Part shown: positions 50,440-64,000 of the stretch, piece by piece
How positions within the stretch are numbered: the first letter of the stretch is position 1
Layout: each line of letters starts with the position of its first letter
Assembly: GCF_009834535.1 (NCBI RefSeq)
Contig: NC_045697.1
Span: 73,038,001 to 73,102,000, forward strand
Length of the DNA: 64,000 bases
Source of the DNA: Camelus ferus
Lineage: Eukaryota
Direction: 5' to 3'
Notes under the pieces: generated by a model
The model's input: the letters and a program-made list of their open reading frames with translations, nothing else
The model's database searches: none
Told to the model about the DNA's origin: nothing
Position numbers and translations under genes: made by a program

Positions 50440-51046
50440 GTTTGTTTGTTTTAACATTTTTTTATTGAGTTTTAGTCAGTTTACAATGTTGTGTCAATTT
50501 CCAGTGTAGAGCATAATTTTTCAGTTATACATGAACATACATATGTTCATTGTCACATTCTTTTTCTCTGTGAGCTACCACAAAATCTTGTATATATTTC
50601 CCTGTGCTATACAGTATAATCTTGTTTATCTATTCTACATATGCCTGTCAGTGTCTACAAATTTCGACTCTCAGTCTGTCCCTTCCCACTCCCCTCCCCC
50701 TTGGCAACCACAAGTTTGTATTCTATGTCTATGAGTCTGTTTCTGTTTTGTATTTACGTTCTTTTTTTTTTAGATTCCACATATGAGCGATCTCATATGT
50801 TATTTTTCTTTCTTTTTCTGGCTTACTTCTCTTAGAATGACATTCTCCAGGGACATCCATGTTGCTGCAAATGGCATTATGTTGTTGTTTTTTATGGCTG
50901 AATAGTATTCCATTGTATAAATATACCATATCTTCTTTATCCAGTCATCTGTCTGTGGACACTTAAGCTGTTTCCATGTCTTGGCTATTGTAAATGGTGC
51001 TGCTATGAACACTGGGCTGTAGGTGTCTTTTTGAAGTAGGGTTCCT
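50440..51046 (-). mobile_element. Young 5'-truncated L1: ORF2 C-terminus + 3' UTR
   Basis: Minus ORF MFIAAPFTIAKTWKQLKCPQTDDWIKKIWYIYTMEYYSAIK; flanking duplication aagactttt. Confidence 0.95.
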
Positions 51047-51864
51047 AAAAAGACTTTTTAAATGAAGATTATCAGAAGGAGAGCAGTGGCTGTTTTGAGG
51101 GTATGAAATCTCATTCAGTAGTGGCTAAGATTTAACAAAATTTACTGGGATGATACACTGAAAGTGAAAGAGAGTGTTGCAAAGAATTGTAGATCACACC
51201 ATTATAAGAAATCGAGAAGTCAAAGCAGAAGCAAAGAAAGTACATTAACACTACCTCCCATACTTATGCTGTGGCTTACTTTATAGTAATAAACCGCTTT
51301 GCAGTGTTCCATCCCAAAGATCTGTCCACGTCTGATGTAGAGCAACAATGGTTAGAAAATGCTTTTCCACTAAGAAGCTTGTGCCTCCTGAGAAGGCCTT
51401 TGCAATACACTGTTAATCAAGTCTATAACACCTGTGCTGTCAAAAGTTTTTCTTTTCTAAAATTTAGATACATGGTAAAAAATACTCCCAGCAAGCTGTT
51501 GAGGGGGATCTAGAAGGGGATGGGTGGAGGAATGCCTGTGATTTTCTTCAAATTAACAAAATTTTAAATAGTACTGTCTATTGTAATCAATAGATGGCAA
51601 ACATTTCTGGACAAGCATAAAATAAACATTATTGTCACCATGTAATTTCTGTTCTGTTGTACTAAATAATAATTGCAGTTAGCATATACCTAAGTCAGCA
51701 GAAATGTTGCCTGGAACCAATTGTTGGTATTTCTAATTCTAAAATGCTATTGACCCTTAATTGGCTGCTATGGAAAACATGCCTGGATGTCTTAGTAACT
51801 TTGTAAGAGACCACATTCTCCATCTTATTAAAACTAAGGAGTTCTTATTTGTCTTCCAGAATTA

Positions 51865-52328
51865 TAATAGGATATAGGCTGTGCCATGGTGACAAGATAT
51901 CCTAAAGCACAGCGGCTTAAACAAGGTAAACATGGATTTCTCTGTGATGAAACTCTCTAGGCAGATGATTTAGGCTTGGCAAGATACTCACAGGTGTCAG
52001 AGACACAAAGCTTTTCCATTTCTTTGGCTCTGACATCCCTAGGCTATTACCTCATCAGCCTGGTTGAAATTAGTCACAGTGCCCACCTTATAGCCCATAA
52101 GAGTGGTGAAAGAAGCACTTTATTTTAAGGCATGATTCAGAGGTTGCACATTTCAATTCTGCTCATATACCATTGACCAGAATCTGTCATGTGACCCTAT
52201 CTGGCAAGAATGGAGACTGAAAATGTCATAGTTAGCTGGGTGGCCCACATATTTGATCATGATGCATATTTATATAGATGGAAAAGGGAATGGATATTGG
52301 CCAAGGCAATTGGCAATCTCTGAAACAA
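51865..52328 (-). mobile_element. MLT1J/I-like MaLR solo LTR
   Basis: 'cagcggcttaaacaagg...ttctgctcatataccattgaccagaatctgtcatgtgaccct...ggatattgg...gcaatctctgaaaca'. Confidence 0.8.
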
Positions 52329-52679
52329 CAATATTCACAGATTGAAGGTACAGAAATATGAATCAGATAGACATAGGTGCCTCTATTTAAAAAATTTTAA
52401 ATCCCTCATAAGATTTTATATAGGCTCTGCTTTATATAACTAATAGCTGCTCTTGCTAGAGAAATGACTGCAATGTTTTCTTGATTCCAAACCCGAATGG
52501 AGCATGGTCACTGGAGAGTTTGCAGCCACACTGCATGCCTCTTATAAAGATCTGTCTTTATATTTTTGAAACTTTCTAATTTCATTTTGTGGATTTATGT
52601 TTTTTTTTATTTCTAATTTGTTTTCAATCAATTGTAGCAACTTCATTTTTTATAATATTGGAAATGTGAAATTACTTTA

Positions 52680-52880
52680 ATGGCTAAATACTGGATAATT
52701 ATCACCAACTATATGTCCAATGGTAGAAATAGAGAAATAGATATTCATCATCAAATATATGTCCAAGACCACATAGTTTTTGAGTTAGTTCTTTAAAATT
52801 TTTAAGGAAAAAAACAATATTGAAGCCATATAAACTATTGTAAAGCAGAGAAAAAGAAGGAAAATTCCAAATGATGCTAG
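52680..52880 (+). mobile_element. Ancient L1 ORF2 fragment
   Basis: 'gtccaagaccacatagttttt...ttctttaaaatttttaaggaa...aaactattgtaaagcagagaaaaagaaggaaaattccaaat' resembles the PGPDGF..EFYQTFKE..KLFQ.IEKEG.LPNS region. Confidence 0.55.
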
Positions 52881-53914
52881 GCTCATTTTAGAACACAAGT
52901 TCCTCATACAAGTCCTGTTCCTTTTTGTACACTCCTGCCTGAAGACATTGCCTTAAACATGGTGGATGCTCAACAAAACCTCAATGATCTGAAAGTCATT
53001 GACCATGTGAATATTGTTTTCATATTTAAAAAATTAGTTTCAAAATCCAAAGAGCCATGGCTTCTATTTATTAAGGATTATGATAATCACAGAGTTTTCA
53101 TTGTCAGTGGTGGGGACACATTCTATCAGGGCTTCTTAGTTACTTGGTTTAGGTTATAACTTAGGTTATGTCTCTCTTGATCATTGAAAAACCTCTCTAC
53201 TTTAGGTGATTTAGAATCAGACAACTGCTTACAGTCCAAAAATGACCATACAAGTGTTGTATAATCAAAATGCTATTTCCAAGAGGATAAAGATGTTTAT
53301 CATTTTATCAATCACATGATTAATTAACATTTTAAATCAAAGTACAAAAGAAAACATAAAGTAGAAGTGGACTGTTCCTTCTTGTAAGGTTTACGTGAAG
53401 TTTATTTTCTTATACATTCAAAGTTCTGCTGAGACATCCATGTTCAAACCTCATTCCTACTCATTAGTCTGCTAAGAGCCATAAGGTCTGGAAGGGCCTG
53501 CTTTATCCTATCCTGACTACCAGAGCACGCTATCCACTTGATCAAAGACCATGTGGATCAACCATTTTTCTGAAACAAATCCTTCTTTTCACCATTTTCC
53601 TTGTCAATCTGCTTTTTTTGAGCTTCATTGTGCGACTAGATTCTTCTGTCTGGTAACCTTGAGTAACTAGCTTCCCTTATATGTTAGAACAAATCTCCTA
53701 TTTGTCTTATTTGATTTTTTTGCAGTCCTCTTCTATCCAGAATGATGTGTCCATATACCTCAGCTAATGTTATATCTTCTGTAGCTGATTGGAAGATTTA
53801 TAATTCTTTTAAAAGAAATAAAATGAATAAATGATTAACTTCCATACAGAGAATGCAATGTTTTACCAGTAGAAAATCAATTCAAAATTAATGTATATAT
53901 ATTTTATATTTCTT

Positions 53915-54140
53915 ATAAGTTTTAAAAATGCTTTTCATGATTTATATCATTATTCTCTTACAATAGTAGCAACGTAAGAAAGCATGCAAAGAAGATATTT
54001 ATTATCCTTGCTTTGGAGATAAAGCATTTGGGGCACAAAAAAATTCAATAATGGGGCCAAGATTACTGAATAAATCAAGACCATGATAGTATTAGAACTT
54101 AGGTCTTCTGATTATGACCTTGTAGATCATTCCACTAGAT
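53915..54140 (-). mobile_element. MIR SINE
   Basis: 'attatccttgctttggagataaagcatttggggcac...gccaagattac...attagaacttaggtcttctga'. Confidence 0.65.
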
Positions 54141-56494
54141 TGATAATCTCCAGTTTTTTATGTCTTTATGAGTAAAAATCTAATTCAGTATTTACTCCCA
54201 ATAGATGCATATTTGTTTATAAGTTACATGCAGGTGCTATTACATTAATTTAGTATGTACATTTTACTTAGAAAACAAAAGAAATGCATAAAAATATAAA
54301 AATGGAAGAAAATAAAACTTTCATTTTTTTTTTTACATATTCTACTCCCTCTAGGGAAACTCCATTAACCTCATTTGGAGTCCCATCCACCATCTCTTGC
54401 TAAGTTAAGACATTTCAAATCTAAATTACACATAAAATATACTGATATTTTAAAGTGCCAGATTAAGAAAATGGGTATCCATTACTATGAAAATGTTTTC
54501 TCCTTTGTTTGCTTCTCTCTTTTGCATCGCTTCATTTATCCCTTCACTTTTTATCTTCATGAAACATAGTCATATTTTTCCTTAGGCTCCGGTAACAACA
54601 AATATTAAGGGAGCAGCTAGAAAATGTGTCCTCTTGGCCCATTTTCTAATGCCTTCTCCTCCAAATCACCTTGCTCGGAAAGATCTCATTGGTCTTTCTG
54701 GTTCTCTGAAATCAAAACGGCAGTGCTTGTCTTTGACCAGAAGTAACAGAGTGGGGAGTTCGTCTCATAATAAGTGAGCACCTCCGACACAGCAGAACGG
54801 CACCTGAGCATCAGGCAGCTGCTGTTGCGTGGTACAGCCTCCTCACTTTCAAGCAAAAGTGCTTGTGTGAACAACTGTCCAAAGTGCTGGATGAGGCCAT
54901 TAGTGGCTAGCCTGTGTAGTGCAAAATGAATGTATTTCACTCCATTTGAGCTAAGAAAGCTTTGGAGCTGCAGTGACGTAAATTGGGCTCCATTATCACT
55001 TAGCAGCTCTTCTGGAATTCCATACCCAGTGAATAGTCTTTTAGTTTGGACTGGAGAAATAGCATTTCATAATAGCCTGTGCCATTTCAAGAGGTAATAA
55101 GAGTGCTAATGATTATATGGCTAGTTTAGGAAACCCACTTTCCACTGTTTGTTTAGCTAATATAAGAGTTTCTAAGATATTTGTGTAATATCCATGTTAA
55201 CGTTAGAAAATTGTTCTTTAGCTGATGTTACCTACCAATCAGTCTTGATGTAATTATAGGCCTTAGCACTTTTTTTCAGGTATCTCGATAATTATTTGTA
55301 ATCTTTCAATCTTTCATATCCACTGTCTTTAGTGAACAGTTAGCACATTTCAAATAATATAAAGTATACTTTACAAATATGTGTTATGTTGAGTCAAATG
55401 TCAATATAAGACTTCAGTTTTATAATCATCTCTGTATATTACAGAACAATAATAGCAGGAAAAAACCCTAAAGCCATATTGTTTTATTTCCTTGTATGCA
55501 TATTCAAGTATAATTAAACATGAACTTTCTTTCACTTTGGTATGTGTCATTTCCAAGACTTCTAGGTATGATTCCAAATATTTTGCTATAATATTTCTTC
55601 AATTTTTATGCATATTTACAGTTATTCTTTTTGAGAAACTAAAAAAAAAATCATACGTTAGTTTATCGCAGGTTCTTACAAGAAACCCCAGTAAATGCAA
55701 AGGTCTCCTCTCGTTTCTCATTAATTCAAGTCCTCTTCTGAACATTTTATATATGTATTTGTTTCAACATTGCTGCTCTTTTAGAGTCTTTGGGGTCAAT
55801 GCCATTTATTCTTCTTAGATAGCACTAGATTTAACATTGATTCCTAAATCCTTTCTTTTTATCCTTTCCCAGTGATTGTCAACTCTCTCTAAAAGTCTTT
55901 CATTATAGCACAGATTCAAATGTGATTGTGTGTGCTTTTAACAATATTTTTTTCTTGGAAGGATGCTGTCGTTGCTTTGCAAAACATGTGTACTTACTAT
56001 TGCTAGTGGCTTACTGAGTATGATTTCCACATTGCATCTTTCCTTCCCCTTTAGTTCTCATTTCCTGTAATGTCTCAGTGATCTTTATAACACACTTGTG
56101 TTCTAATGCATAAAATTCAATTTTTTATGCGTGTAAACATCTTCCACATTTTCTTACACATAAGTTACCTAGATTCAATCTTTTAATCTTTAGCTTTGAT
56201 CTTCAACTTCTCCATATTTTTCACAGTATTCCTTTTATATACCAATTTTTCCCTTTCCATTTCTTATTGAATTTTCAACAAAGTTTACATTCACACTGTT
56301 TTTATAAGGTGGGCATCTAGAATTTAAAATTCATTTAAAAATGGTTGACATGTTGGGACAACAACAAAAATGCTCTACACTAGAAAAAGAATTCTGTTTT
56401 TCTTTATAACTACTCACCTTCCTCCATGAAGATATATTTGGATTGGTTTTTGGTTTTGTTCATTTCTTTGCAAAATATAGACAAATGTAAAAAA

Positions 56495-58460
56495 TCAACA
56501 CTTCTTGCTATGACTGAGGAGATGGGGAAGTCCTCTCTCCAAAAGGCAGCTATATATTGTCACAAAATTGCCAAAATCTATTATTTCAATGCTTTGAAAA
56601 TTAGCCAGAGGAATAGAAATGGAGACGTGTTCGTACTTGAACAACTGCTGAACTTTGAAGGAGAGCAGCAGAAGTCTGTGCCGTTCCCCCAGCTCAGTGT
56701 GGTGTTTATATCAGGACTTAGAAAAACTGTGAGGATCAACAACCTTTCTATCTGGAATGTTGGGTGATGTCCACACCCATCAGCGTTATTAGTGGAAGTG
56801 ACTTCTTGAAGGCAAGCAAACAAGTTGAGAGCGAACTGCTTGGTTCTACTAGCCTAAGATTGTGGATGTGATTGGGCGAAGCATGTTACTGGCTGAAGCT
56901 GTGCCTGTGTCCAGCTGACACTAGAGTAGGTCCAAGCTATTCAGACACTCCTCGTCAACCCTGTGACTGCATGCATGTGTACAGAAGTGTAAAATTTGTA
57001 AAATTTGGGCAACTTGCAAATGATCTGACCACACACACAGATCCACCTGCAGAGGACAGAAACCTTACTTGTTTGAACTATTTGTGCACAACTTCTGTGT
57101 AATCACTGGGTGACCACTAAGTTACACAGACACAGGAGAATCTCCTAGGAAGCCAAGTTAAAAAAAAAAGAATAAAAAATGTCTGAACAGAGACATAAAT
57201 GGCTACACACTGCAATGAAGACAGACATCACAGATTATGTCCAGGAAGTTCCAAAAACAAGAATCAAAAAATAAACAAAAAACTGACAGCTACTGTTGGA
57301 GCAAAATATCAAAATCTAGAGTTGCTACATTATATAATCAAATATAGAACATATATAGATCTATATCTATCTATCTATATATAATACATAGATATTATTT
57401 GTGAGTACTTGGTATATTATACTAGTTTTTCACAAAAAATTATGAAAGATGCAAAGAAATGGGAAATTGTCACGCATTGTCAAGGAATAAAAAAAAGCAA
57501 TAGAAATATCCACCAATGATGTTGGATTTCCTAGAAAAAGATTTCAAATGTGCTGTTTTAAATATGTTTAAAGAAATAAAACCATGGTAAAAACTAAAAT
57601 AAATTATGATAATAATGAAACGATAAATAAAAATTTCAACAAGGATATTGAAGTTATGAAAAATAACCAACTAATAATTATGTAGTTGAAGAATGCAAAA
57701 ACTCAAATGAAAAAGATAGACTGAAAAGAGCCATGTTCCAAATGCTAGAAGAAAGAATCAATTAAAAAATAATGGCTAGTCATAAACGGTAACTGTGGGC
57801 TAATTTGAAACGTTTACAGGTGCATTTTTATCATTTTCTTCTAATTTTTTAAAAAGACATCAGATTGTATAAAGCAATTATAATAACACAATATTGTTGT
57901 TATAACAAATATAGACTTAATAAGTTACAATAATGGTCCAAAGGAGGAAATGGGGCTATTTTGGGGCAGTTATTATATTTTATCAGACCTAGTTAGTATT
58001 GAAGTATACTATAATAAATTAGAATACAGAATATTGTAATCTGTAAAGCAAATATTAAGAAAAAACTTAAAAAAGACAAGAAAGAATTAAAATGATACAT
58101 GAAATATTTGTTTAGCACTAAAGAAATTAGAAACAAAGGAACAAAAAAGACAGGAGATATACAGAAAAGACACAGTAAAATGGTAAATGAAAATGCAACC
58201 ACACAAAAATTAAATGAAATATAAATAGTCTAAACACCTTAATCAAAAGACAGAGATAGTAAACTGGATATAAAAGCAAAAATCCAACTATATGTTATCT
58301 TAAAAAAAGATATTTTAGACAAACAAAAACCATAACAATAATGGAATGCCTATAAATAAATAAAATTGACACTGGGATCATAAATTTTTCTAGAAACAGA
58401 GATATATATATTATGTACAAAACAGTCAATAAATCAGAAAGATATAACAATTATACTTGT
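56495..58460 (+). mobile_element. Old L1M element: 5' UTR, deleted ORF1 and endonuclease start
   Basis: ORF1-like stretch at 57430-57760; endonuclease N-terminus remnant 'aatataaatagtctaaacaccttaatcaaaagacagaga...aatccaactatatgttatct' (compare LNVNGLNTPIKRQR..DPTICCL). Confidence 0.8.
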
Positions 58461-59727
58461 TTTGTTTTGTTTTATAAATACTTTTATATTGAATCATATA
58501 CTAATTAGAAAAAAATTTTATTGTTTAGAAACGTGTTTATATGTTGGTCAAATATCAACTTTTAATTTTCAAATTATTTTCTCAATTTTTAGTTACAGCA
58601 GTGTATACATCTATTCTGTTTAAACATAATATTTTCTGTTGTCTTTTGCAGGAAATTTGTCTTAAAAATATGAACCTTCTGTCTTTGGGATTAATACAAT
58701 TATAATAAAATTAAAGACATAGTAAAATACTGAAAACATATAAAAAAGATTTTATTGACCTTAGATATACAGTACCAAACTTGCACATACTTAGTCAGCA
58801 GCCATGTTAATATCTAATTTAATTTCTATACACCCTACTTAAGAACACTTGCTTTTCATCTTATGTGAAAGAGAAGTTTGGGAAGAGCTTTTCTGTTACA
58901 AGAAAACTCTTGATCGTCTACCTTTTTTTTTTTTCACATATTGTCATATATCCACAGGTGAATCAATTCCTTTTGAAGACTTTTTTATTTTACATTTTTT
59001 ACTTTTTTTTTCTTTTATCATTATTGTTCACTGATTTAATTAAATTTAAATGAAATTCAATATTTTTTGCTGTGATTACTGTCAAAAATGAGAAAAGACA
59101 CAATTATTATAGATGTAGTTTAAGAGCACTCCACTATTGTTATGGTTTTTGTTTGTCAAACATATAAAGTTGAATAAATGAAAAACTGAATCTAGCCAGG
59201 AAGTTGTTGCTTCATATCTTTCTGAATTCAAATAAGTCATCTAAACAGATAAACAAAAAATCCAAAAGCAGTTTTTTTAAAATACCAATGAAAAGTAAGA
59301 AAGAAAGAAACACTGTTCCTCTAATTCCTAAATATATGTAGGCTTTAAAATGATTGTATATGCTCTTTGGATTTCAAGCTGCAAACGGTAGAGAGAGAGT
59401 AAGAGGAATGTTATACAGTTTGTCTGAATAATTTTCAGGGTTATAGGTAGCAAGACGAGGAAGACGGTAACACTATGTCATCCTATGTTTACTTTTTTTC
59501 TGATTTTAATTTAGAAGGAATAGATGAAGATCATGATTAGGAGAGGTGCAAGAATCTATACTGTGAAATGCTCATACTGAGTCTATTTCCTGGCAATCTG
59601 AATCTTCTTCCAGTGCAGAAAAAAATATATACAATTTCAATTCTTAAAGACACTACAACAGACTGCATGGTGTATAAGAATGACATGGCCATAGAAATCA
59701 ATATAATAATGAACTCAAACTTCAACT

Positions 59728-59800
59728 TTCCTTCCTCTTTCATTCCTTCCTCCTTCCTTCCTTCCTTTGTTTGTTCATTCGTCCCTTCCTTCCTTCTTTA
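59728..59800. repeat. Imperfect (TTCC)n pyrimidine tract
   Basis: Direct reading. Confidence 0.8.
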
Positions 59801-60479
59801 CTTCTTGGTTGTAAAGATAGTTCTTTCTTTCTGTTCACTAACAGTATTTTGCACATACTATCACCTGGGATCTAGACCAGCCTCATATCACTCTAGCATA
59901 AATTCTCAGAAATACAAACACACACATGCACACACACACACACGTGGGTACTATGTAACAACTAAATACAATTCAAAAGAAGTTACTTTTACTAAGAAGA
60001 TCCACAGGAAATGTATATTTTAAACATTGATTGTATTAAAAAGAAAATAAGCAATATCTGCTTCAGGACCTTAATACAGTAGGAAAAAATGACCTTAAAC
60101 TATACACTGTACAACACTAGGAGAGATGGAATAGGATGATTTGAAATGCCATTAAGCAGAGATGCCTACCAACATAAATAAGGATCCACTGGATACAGTG
60201 ATGAAAAGACTTGGTTCTTTCCATATAACTTTAATAGTGAGAAAAAAGTTTCGCTGTTAAGCTGGTGGTATTATTTTATCACTGTTGACTAGGATAATCA
60301 GGAAAGGATTCTTCTAGAAGTAACACTAAAACTAACTTCTTTAAAAAAGAGAGCTGTTTTAAAATGTACAAAACCTCCAAACCACACATAGTAAAGAGAT
60401 ACTACAGATATAAATATAGAGAATAAATAATTATAAGTTATAAGAAATTATATAAGAACTATTATATTAAAAAGATAAT

Positions 60480-60900
60480 TTAAAAGTCAGACTGAAATAT
60501 TCCCCGAATGAAGAATTTTTAAGTCTATTACATTTCTGAAGAAGAGAAAAAATATTAAAAGACATGAAATTACAGAAATCCTAGTGATAATTTTCAATCT
60601 GACAGATACAGAAAGAAAAACATCCCCAAATCCAAAGCTGAAAACAAGTTCCTTCAAGGAAAGACTTCTCTTAGACTTCACATAAAAAAGTGGATTTCAC
60701 ATGAAATCATTTTTACAAAGGCTCAAGGAAGGATTGTGAATGTAGAATTCTGTACCCAGCCAAGTTGTCATTGTCATCCATAATTGGGCAAAATTTACTG
60801 AAAGGTGTTTACAAATATGGTAAAGAATGTGTATTCCTGAGTTATTTTTTCTGAGTAAAATATTAGAAGAGATGCTCTAGACTATTAGTGAGCAGTAAAA
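60480..60900 (+). mobile_element. Ancient L1/HAL1 ORF1-like fragment
   Basis: 'atcctagtgataattttcaat...ctcaaggaaggattgtgaatgtagaattctgtacccagccaagttgtcatt' (compare RILYPAKLS). Confidence 0.6.
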
Positions 60901-61707
60901 ATTAAGGAGCCAAGACTGCAGGAGCTAATCCTAATTAATTACTTAGATGTAAATCCAAATAATTGCTGCAGCTCTGACTAGAAAAGCAAATGCCAGAAGC
61001 CCATAGAAGTTATTTAAATGTAATTATATCTTTTAGATTACACTAATATAATCATATTAACATATAATTATATAATAGTTTAGATTTATTTTTCAAGAAT
61101 AAATTAAGAAAATCTGAGAAAATCTGCAGAAAGCCAAGAGCATTAATTCTTCCTCTTTCATAGTGGAAGGTAAAATTTGTATTTATTTCTGGATTTTGAT
61201 CAATTAGGAAATTTAGTTCAAAAATTTTTAAGGAATGTTTAAAGTCACTTTCCAAAATGTAAGAGAAATGAAGCAACTAAAACACTCCTCCCATGACAAA
61301 ATATAAAACAGAGGCAATATTAAAGACACATATGTAAAAAGAATAAAATAGAAATAGAAGTAATACTAACAACATCATTTTGGTATTTTTGGTGATTACT
61401 TAATTCTACTAGTAGTTATTCAATCATGATCGTGATTACCTTTTTTTGAAAAAGAGAATAGAAAAAGAAAAAACTATGTACTATCTGGGAGGTTTAATTC
61501 TAGAGAGATGTGGAAGTTTAAATATAAGTGTTATATGAGTAATTTTATTAAAAAGAATATCCTCATATTGGGATCAAAAGTAAAACTATGGACATAATGA
61601 TTATAAGAAAATCATTGTATTGACCCAAAATGTCACTGCTAACTTCCTGCACTAACTCTGTATTTCACTGGCACTTTTGCTCTTTGATTAAAACATGCCA
61701 CACTTAC

Positions 61708-61890
61708 TGTTCTAGGTTGGACAATGCCTTTCGCTTCAAATGCATGTCCACTTGAAACTTGTGAATATGACCTAATTTAGAAACAGAGTCTTTACAAATG
61801 TAATCAAGCTAAAATGAGGTCACTAGAGAAGGATGGGCCTTAGATCCAATACAACTTTATGTTGTAAAAAGAAGAGGGAAATTTGGACAT

Positions 61891-61921
<31 letters not shown>

Positions 61922-62097
61922 AGAGGCCATGAAGATGAGGCAGAAATTGGAGGAGTAAAGCTGAAGCCAAGGGACTCCACGTATTGTCAGAAATCACCTG
62001 AAGCTAAGAGAGAGGCATGGAACAGAGTCTTCCCTCTAACCTCAGAGAGGACACAGTCCTGCCAGCACTGTGATTTCAGATCTCTAGCCTCCAGAAC
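61708..62097 (+). mobile_element. MLT1C-like MaLR LTR, 3'-truncated, with internal (AC)14
   Basis: 'gtgaatatgacctaatttagaaacagagtctttacaaatgtaatcaag...gaagatgaggcagaaattggagg...gaagctaagagagaggcatggaacagagtcttccctc...ctagcctccagaac'. Confidence 0.9.
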
Positions 62098-62359
62098 AAA
62101 TACACAATACAATTACATCAGTAATTTAAAATGAGACAACACTGGAGTGAACAATAAAATATGTGAAAATTCAATGAAGTTCTGGTTCTTCTCTTAAAAA
62201 CTATTACAATGCTTCTCTAGAAGCATCAGATACCTTCCAAGTACTTTTTAAAATGCTATTTAACTAATTTCCTAAGCTTGTGTTTTAATCTATTAGGTAA
62301 ACTGTAACCCTAGATGGTAAGTAATTCCCAAGATCTAGTTTAACTCCTTCCCCCCCAAA

Positions 62360-62555
62360 ATAATTTTTGAAATGAATGCATTAGATCATACTTGGCCCCA
62401 AACCATCCTCTCATTTTTCTACCAAGGTACATCCCTTTCCTTAGGAATTTATTAATTCAAGATGTCATAGTGAATTTCATAGTCATTCCACCCACAACAC
62501 CTATCTCAAGAATAACACACAATAAGTATTCAATATGTATTTTTTGAATAAAATA
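62360..62555 (+). mobile_element. L2 3' end fragment
   Basis: 'caacacctatctcaagaataacacacaataagtattcaatatgtattttttgaat'. Confidence 0.5.
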
Positions 62556-64000
62556 GATCCAGAAAAAAAAGATTTAAAGAGATGCATCGATCTGCACAGA
62601 GACGAATACACATACTTACTAGCTAGACTAAAACTGTGACTGATGTCTCAGACGTCCTATTTTAGCTGTCATGCTGGCATAGCACCTAACTTAAACTTCC
62701 ACCTAGAAACACTGCCTTGAGTCCAGCAAGAAAATGACTGTGCCCTTGTCTTCTGATGGCCATAAATGACACAGAAGAGATAAAGATCTGTGAGTCTCTA
62801 TAAACTTCTTCAGATCTACAAACTTGTTAGCATAGAGTTGTGCTCTGAAGCAAGGAATGCTGACATGTTCAGCAGGTGTAGACAGAGGCCGGGGACTGTG
62901 ACGCGAGGAAGCCCAGAGGACAAGGTGGTGTCACAGGCTCAGCTTACTTAGGAAGAAGCCTGGAGGGGAGAGTACAGAATGGGCAGGAATGAAAAGATGG
63001 CAGTCCAAGGAAGAAGCGAGTATATTCATAATTTTGCCTACAGACAGCTTTAGATGGATTAGAAAGAGAAATACCCTTTTCATGTTAAAAAAAATAAATA
63101 CTAGTGAGAAAACCTGGAAGGCCAGAGATGATTTCTATCCTAAGTAAGGAAATTGTCTAAAACTGTGTTTTCCAAAATATATTCCTGTGAATATTAGTAT
63201 AATGGAAGTTTCTGTTAAAGAGGATGATACTGTGATTTTGTTTGGGAGTATATGTCATGTCATAAACCCCTTGAGATGACCAGAATAAATTTTAGCACTT
63301 TCTAGACACTGAGAAGTCATCAGTTTTGCATTGCATTTCTCAGCCTCCTTGCTCCACTGAATTCCTCGTCTGCTGCCTTCCTGCAGCTTTTTTCCCCCAC
63401 AGGTAACTACTATCCCAGATAAGAGCACACTTTGGGTCGTACCAGTCCAAGAGTATGAGTAATTTTAGCTATCAAAGCTTTTATAATCTATTCTTTATAT
63501 ATTAAAAAACAAACGAACAATACAAGCCTTGTGCTTTAATTATTTAGAGATAATATCCAGGTAGCAAGACTGAGGTTAGCTGTCTAACACAATGTGGTCA
63601 AGATCAATTTAGAATTTTTTTGCTTTGGATGTAAAAATTTTCCAAATGCTACCAGGTGAAAATTACCCTGAAAATATTCATTCTAAAACCCCTGAAAATA
63701 CTCCTAAAACCCAAGACAATGAAACAGATGTTAAAGGGGATACGTTTCTTTCAAGAATGACCAAATGACTATTAAAATAAAAGATAAACATAAATAAAAT
63801 CGCTAGAAATGTTACCACTCATAGTAAAAAGCTTTCTTTCCCAAAGTTTGTGGCTAGAATCATAAAGCTCTACAAAATTGCATAGTGATTCTGTCACCAT
63901 ATCGATAAAAAAGGAGAAAAAAGAGAATCAACAACTGTGGTGCATAGCAATGGTTAAGGAGATGGGAAAAAAAAAAGAAAAAACTAGTATAATTCTGAAA

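Noticed and set aside
51588..51600. CTCF-like 'caatagatggcaa'
   Set aside because: Lacks the CC at the start of the core; weak match
59568..60023. 151-aa ORF
   Set aside because: Runs through (TTCC)n and (CA)n repeats; not protein-like
1..64000. CRISPR arrays, operons, rRNA genes or prokaryotic systems
   Set aside because: Sequence is mammalian repeat-rich DNA with no regularly spaced repeat-spacer array, no long ORFs and no rRNA-like segment

Overview
AT-rich mammalian genomic DNA, almost certainly camelid (alpaca/llama/camel lineage). The evidence is two copies of the tRNA-derived Vic-1-type SINE and young L1 3' ends of cetartiodactyl type. I recognise no host protein-coding gene, and the supplied ORFs are chance frames, microsatellites or decayed transposon ORFs. 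The window looks like a large intron or gene desert filled with repeats: L1, L2, L3/CR1, MIR, MaLR/ERVL LTRs, Tigger/MER2, MER53, and a deleted ERV-L provirus (protease, RT, integrase end and dUTPase remnants) carrying nested insertions. The most notable unexplained structures are a 22-bp perfect inverted repeat (3388-3485), a CpG-rich non-repeat segment (~7640-7960), a CTCF-like site (~1880), a few candidate small exons (strongest 38035-38105), and a mixed trinucleotide block (42030-42345). Repeat family names are recalled from consensus features rather than from a database search, and most repeat boundaries are approximate. I found no convincing evidence for a novel biological system; the findings are leads only.
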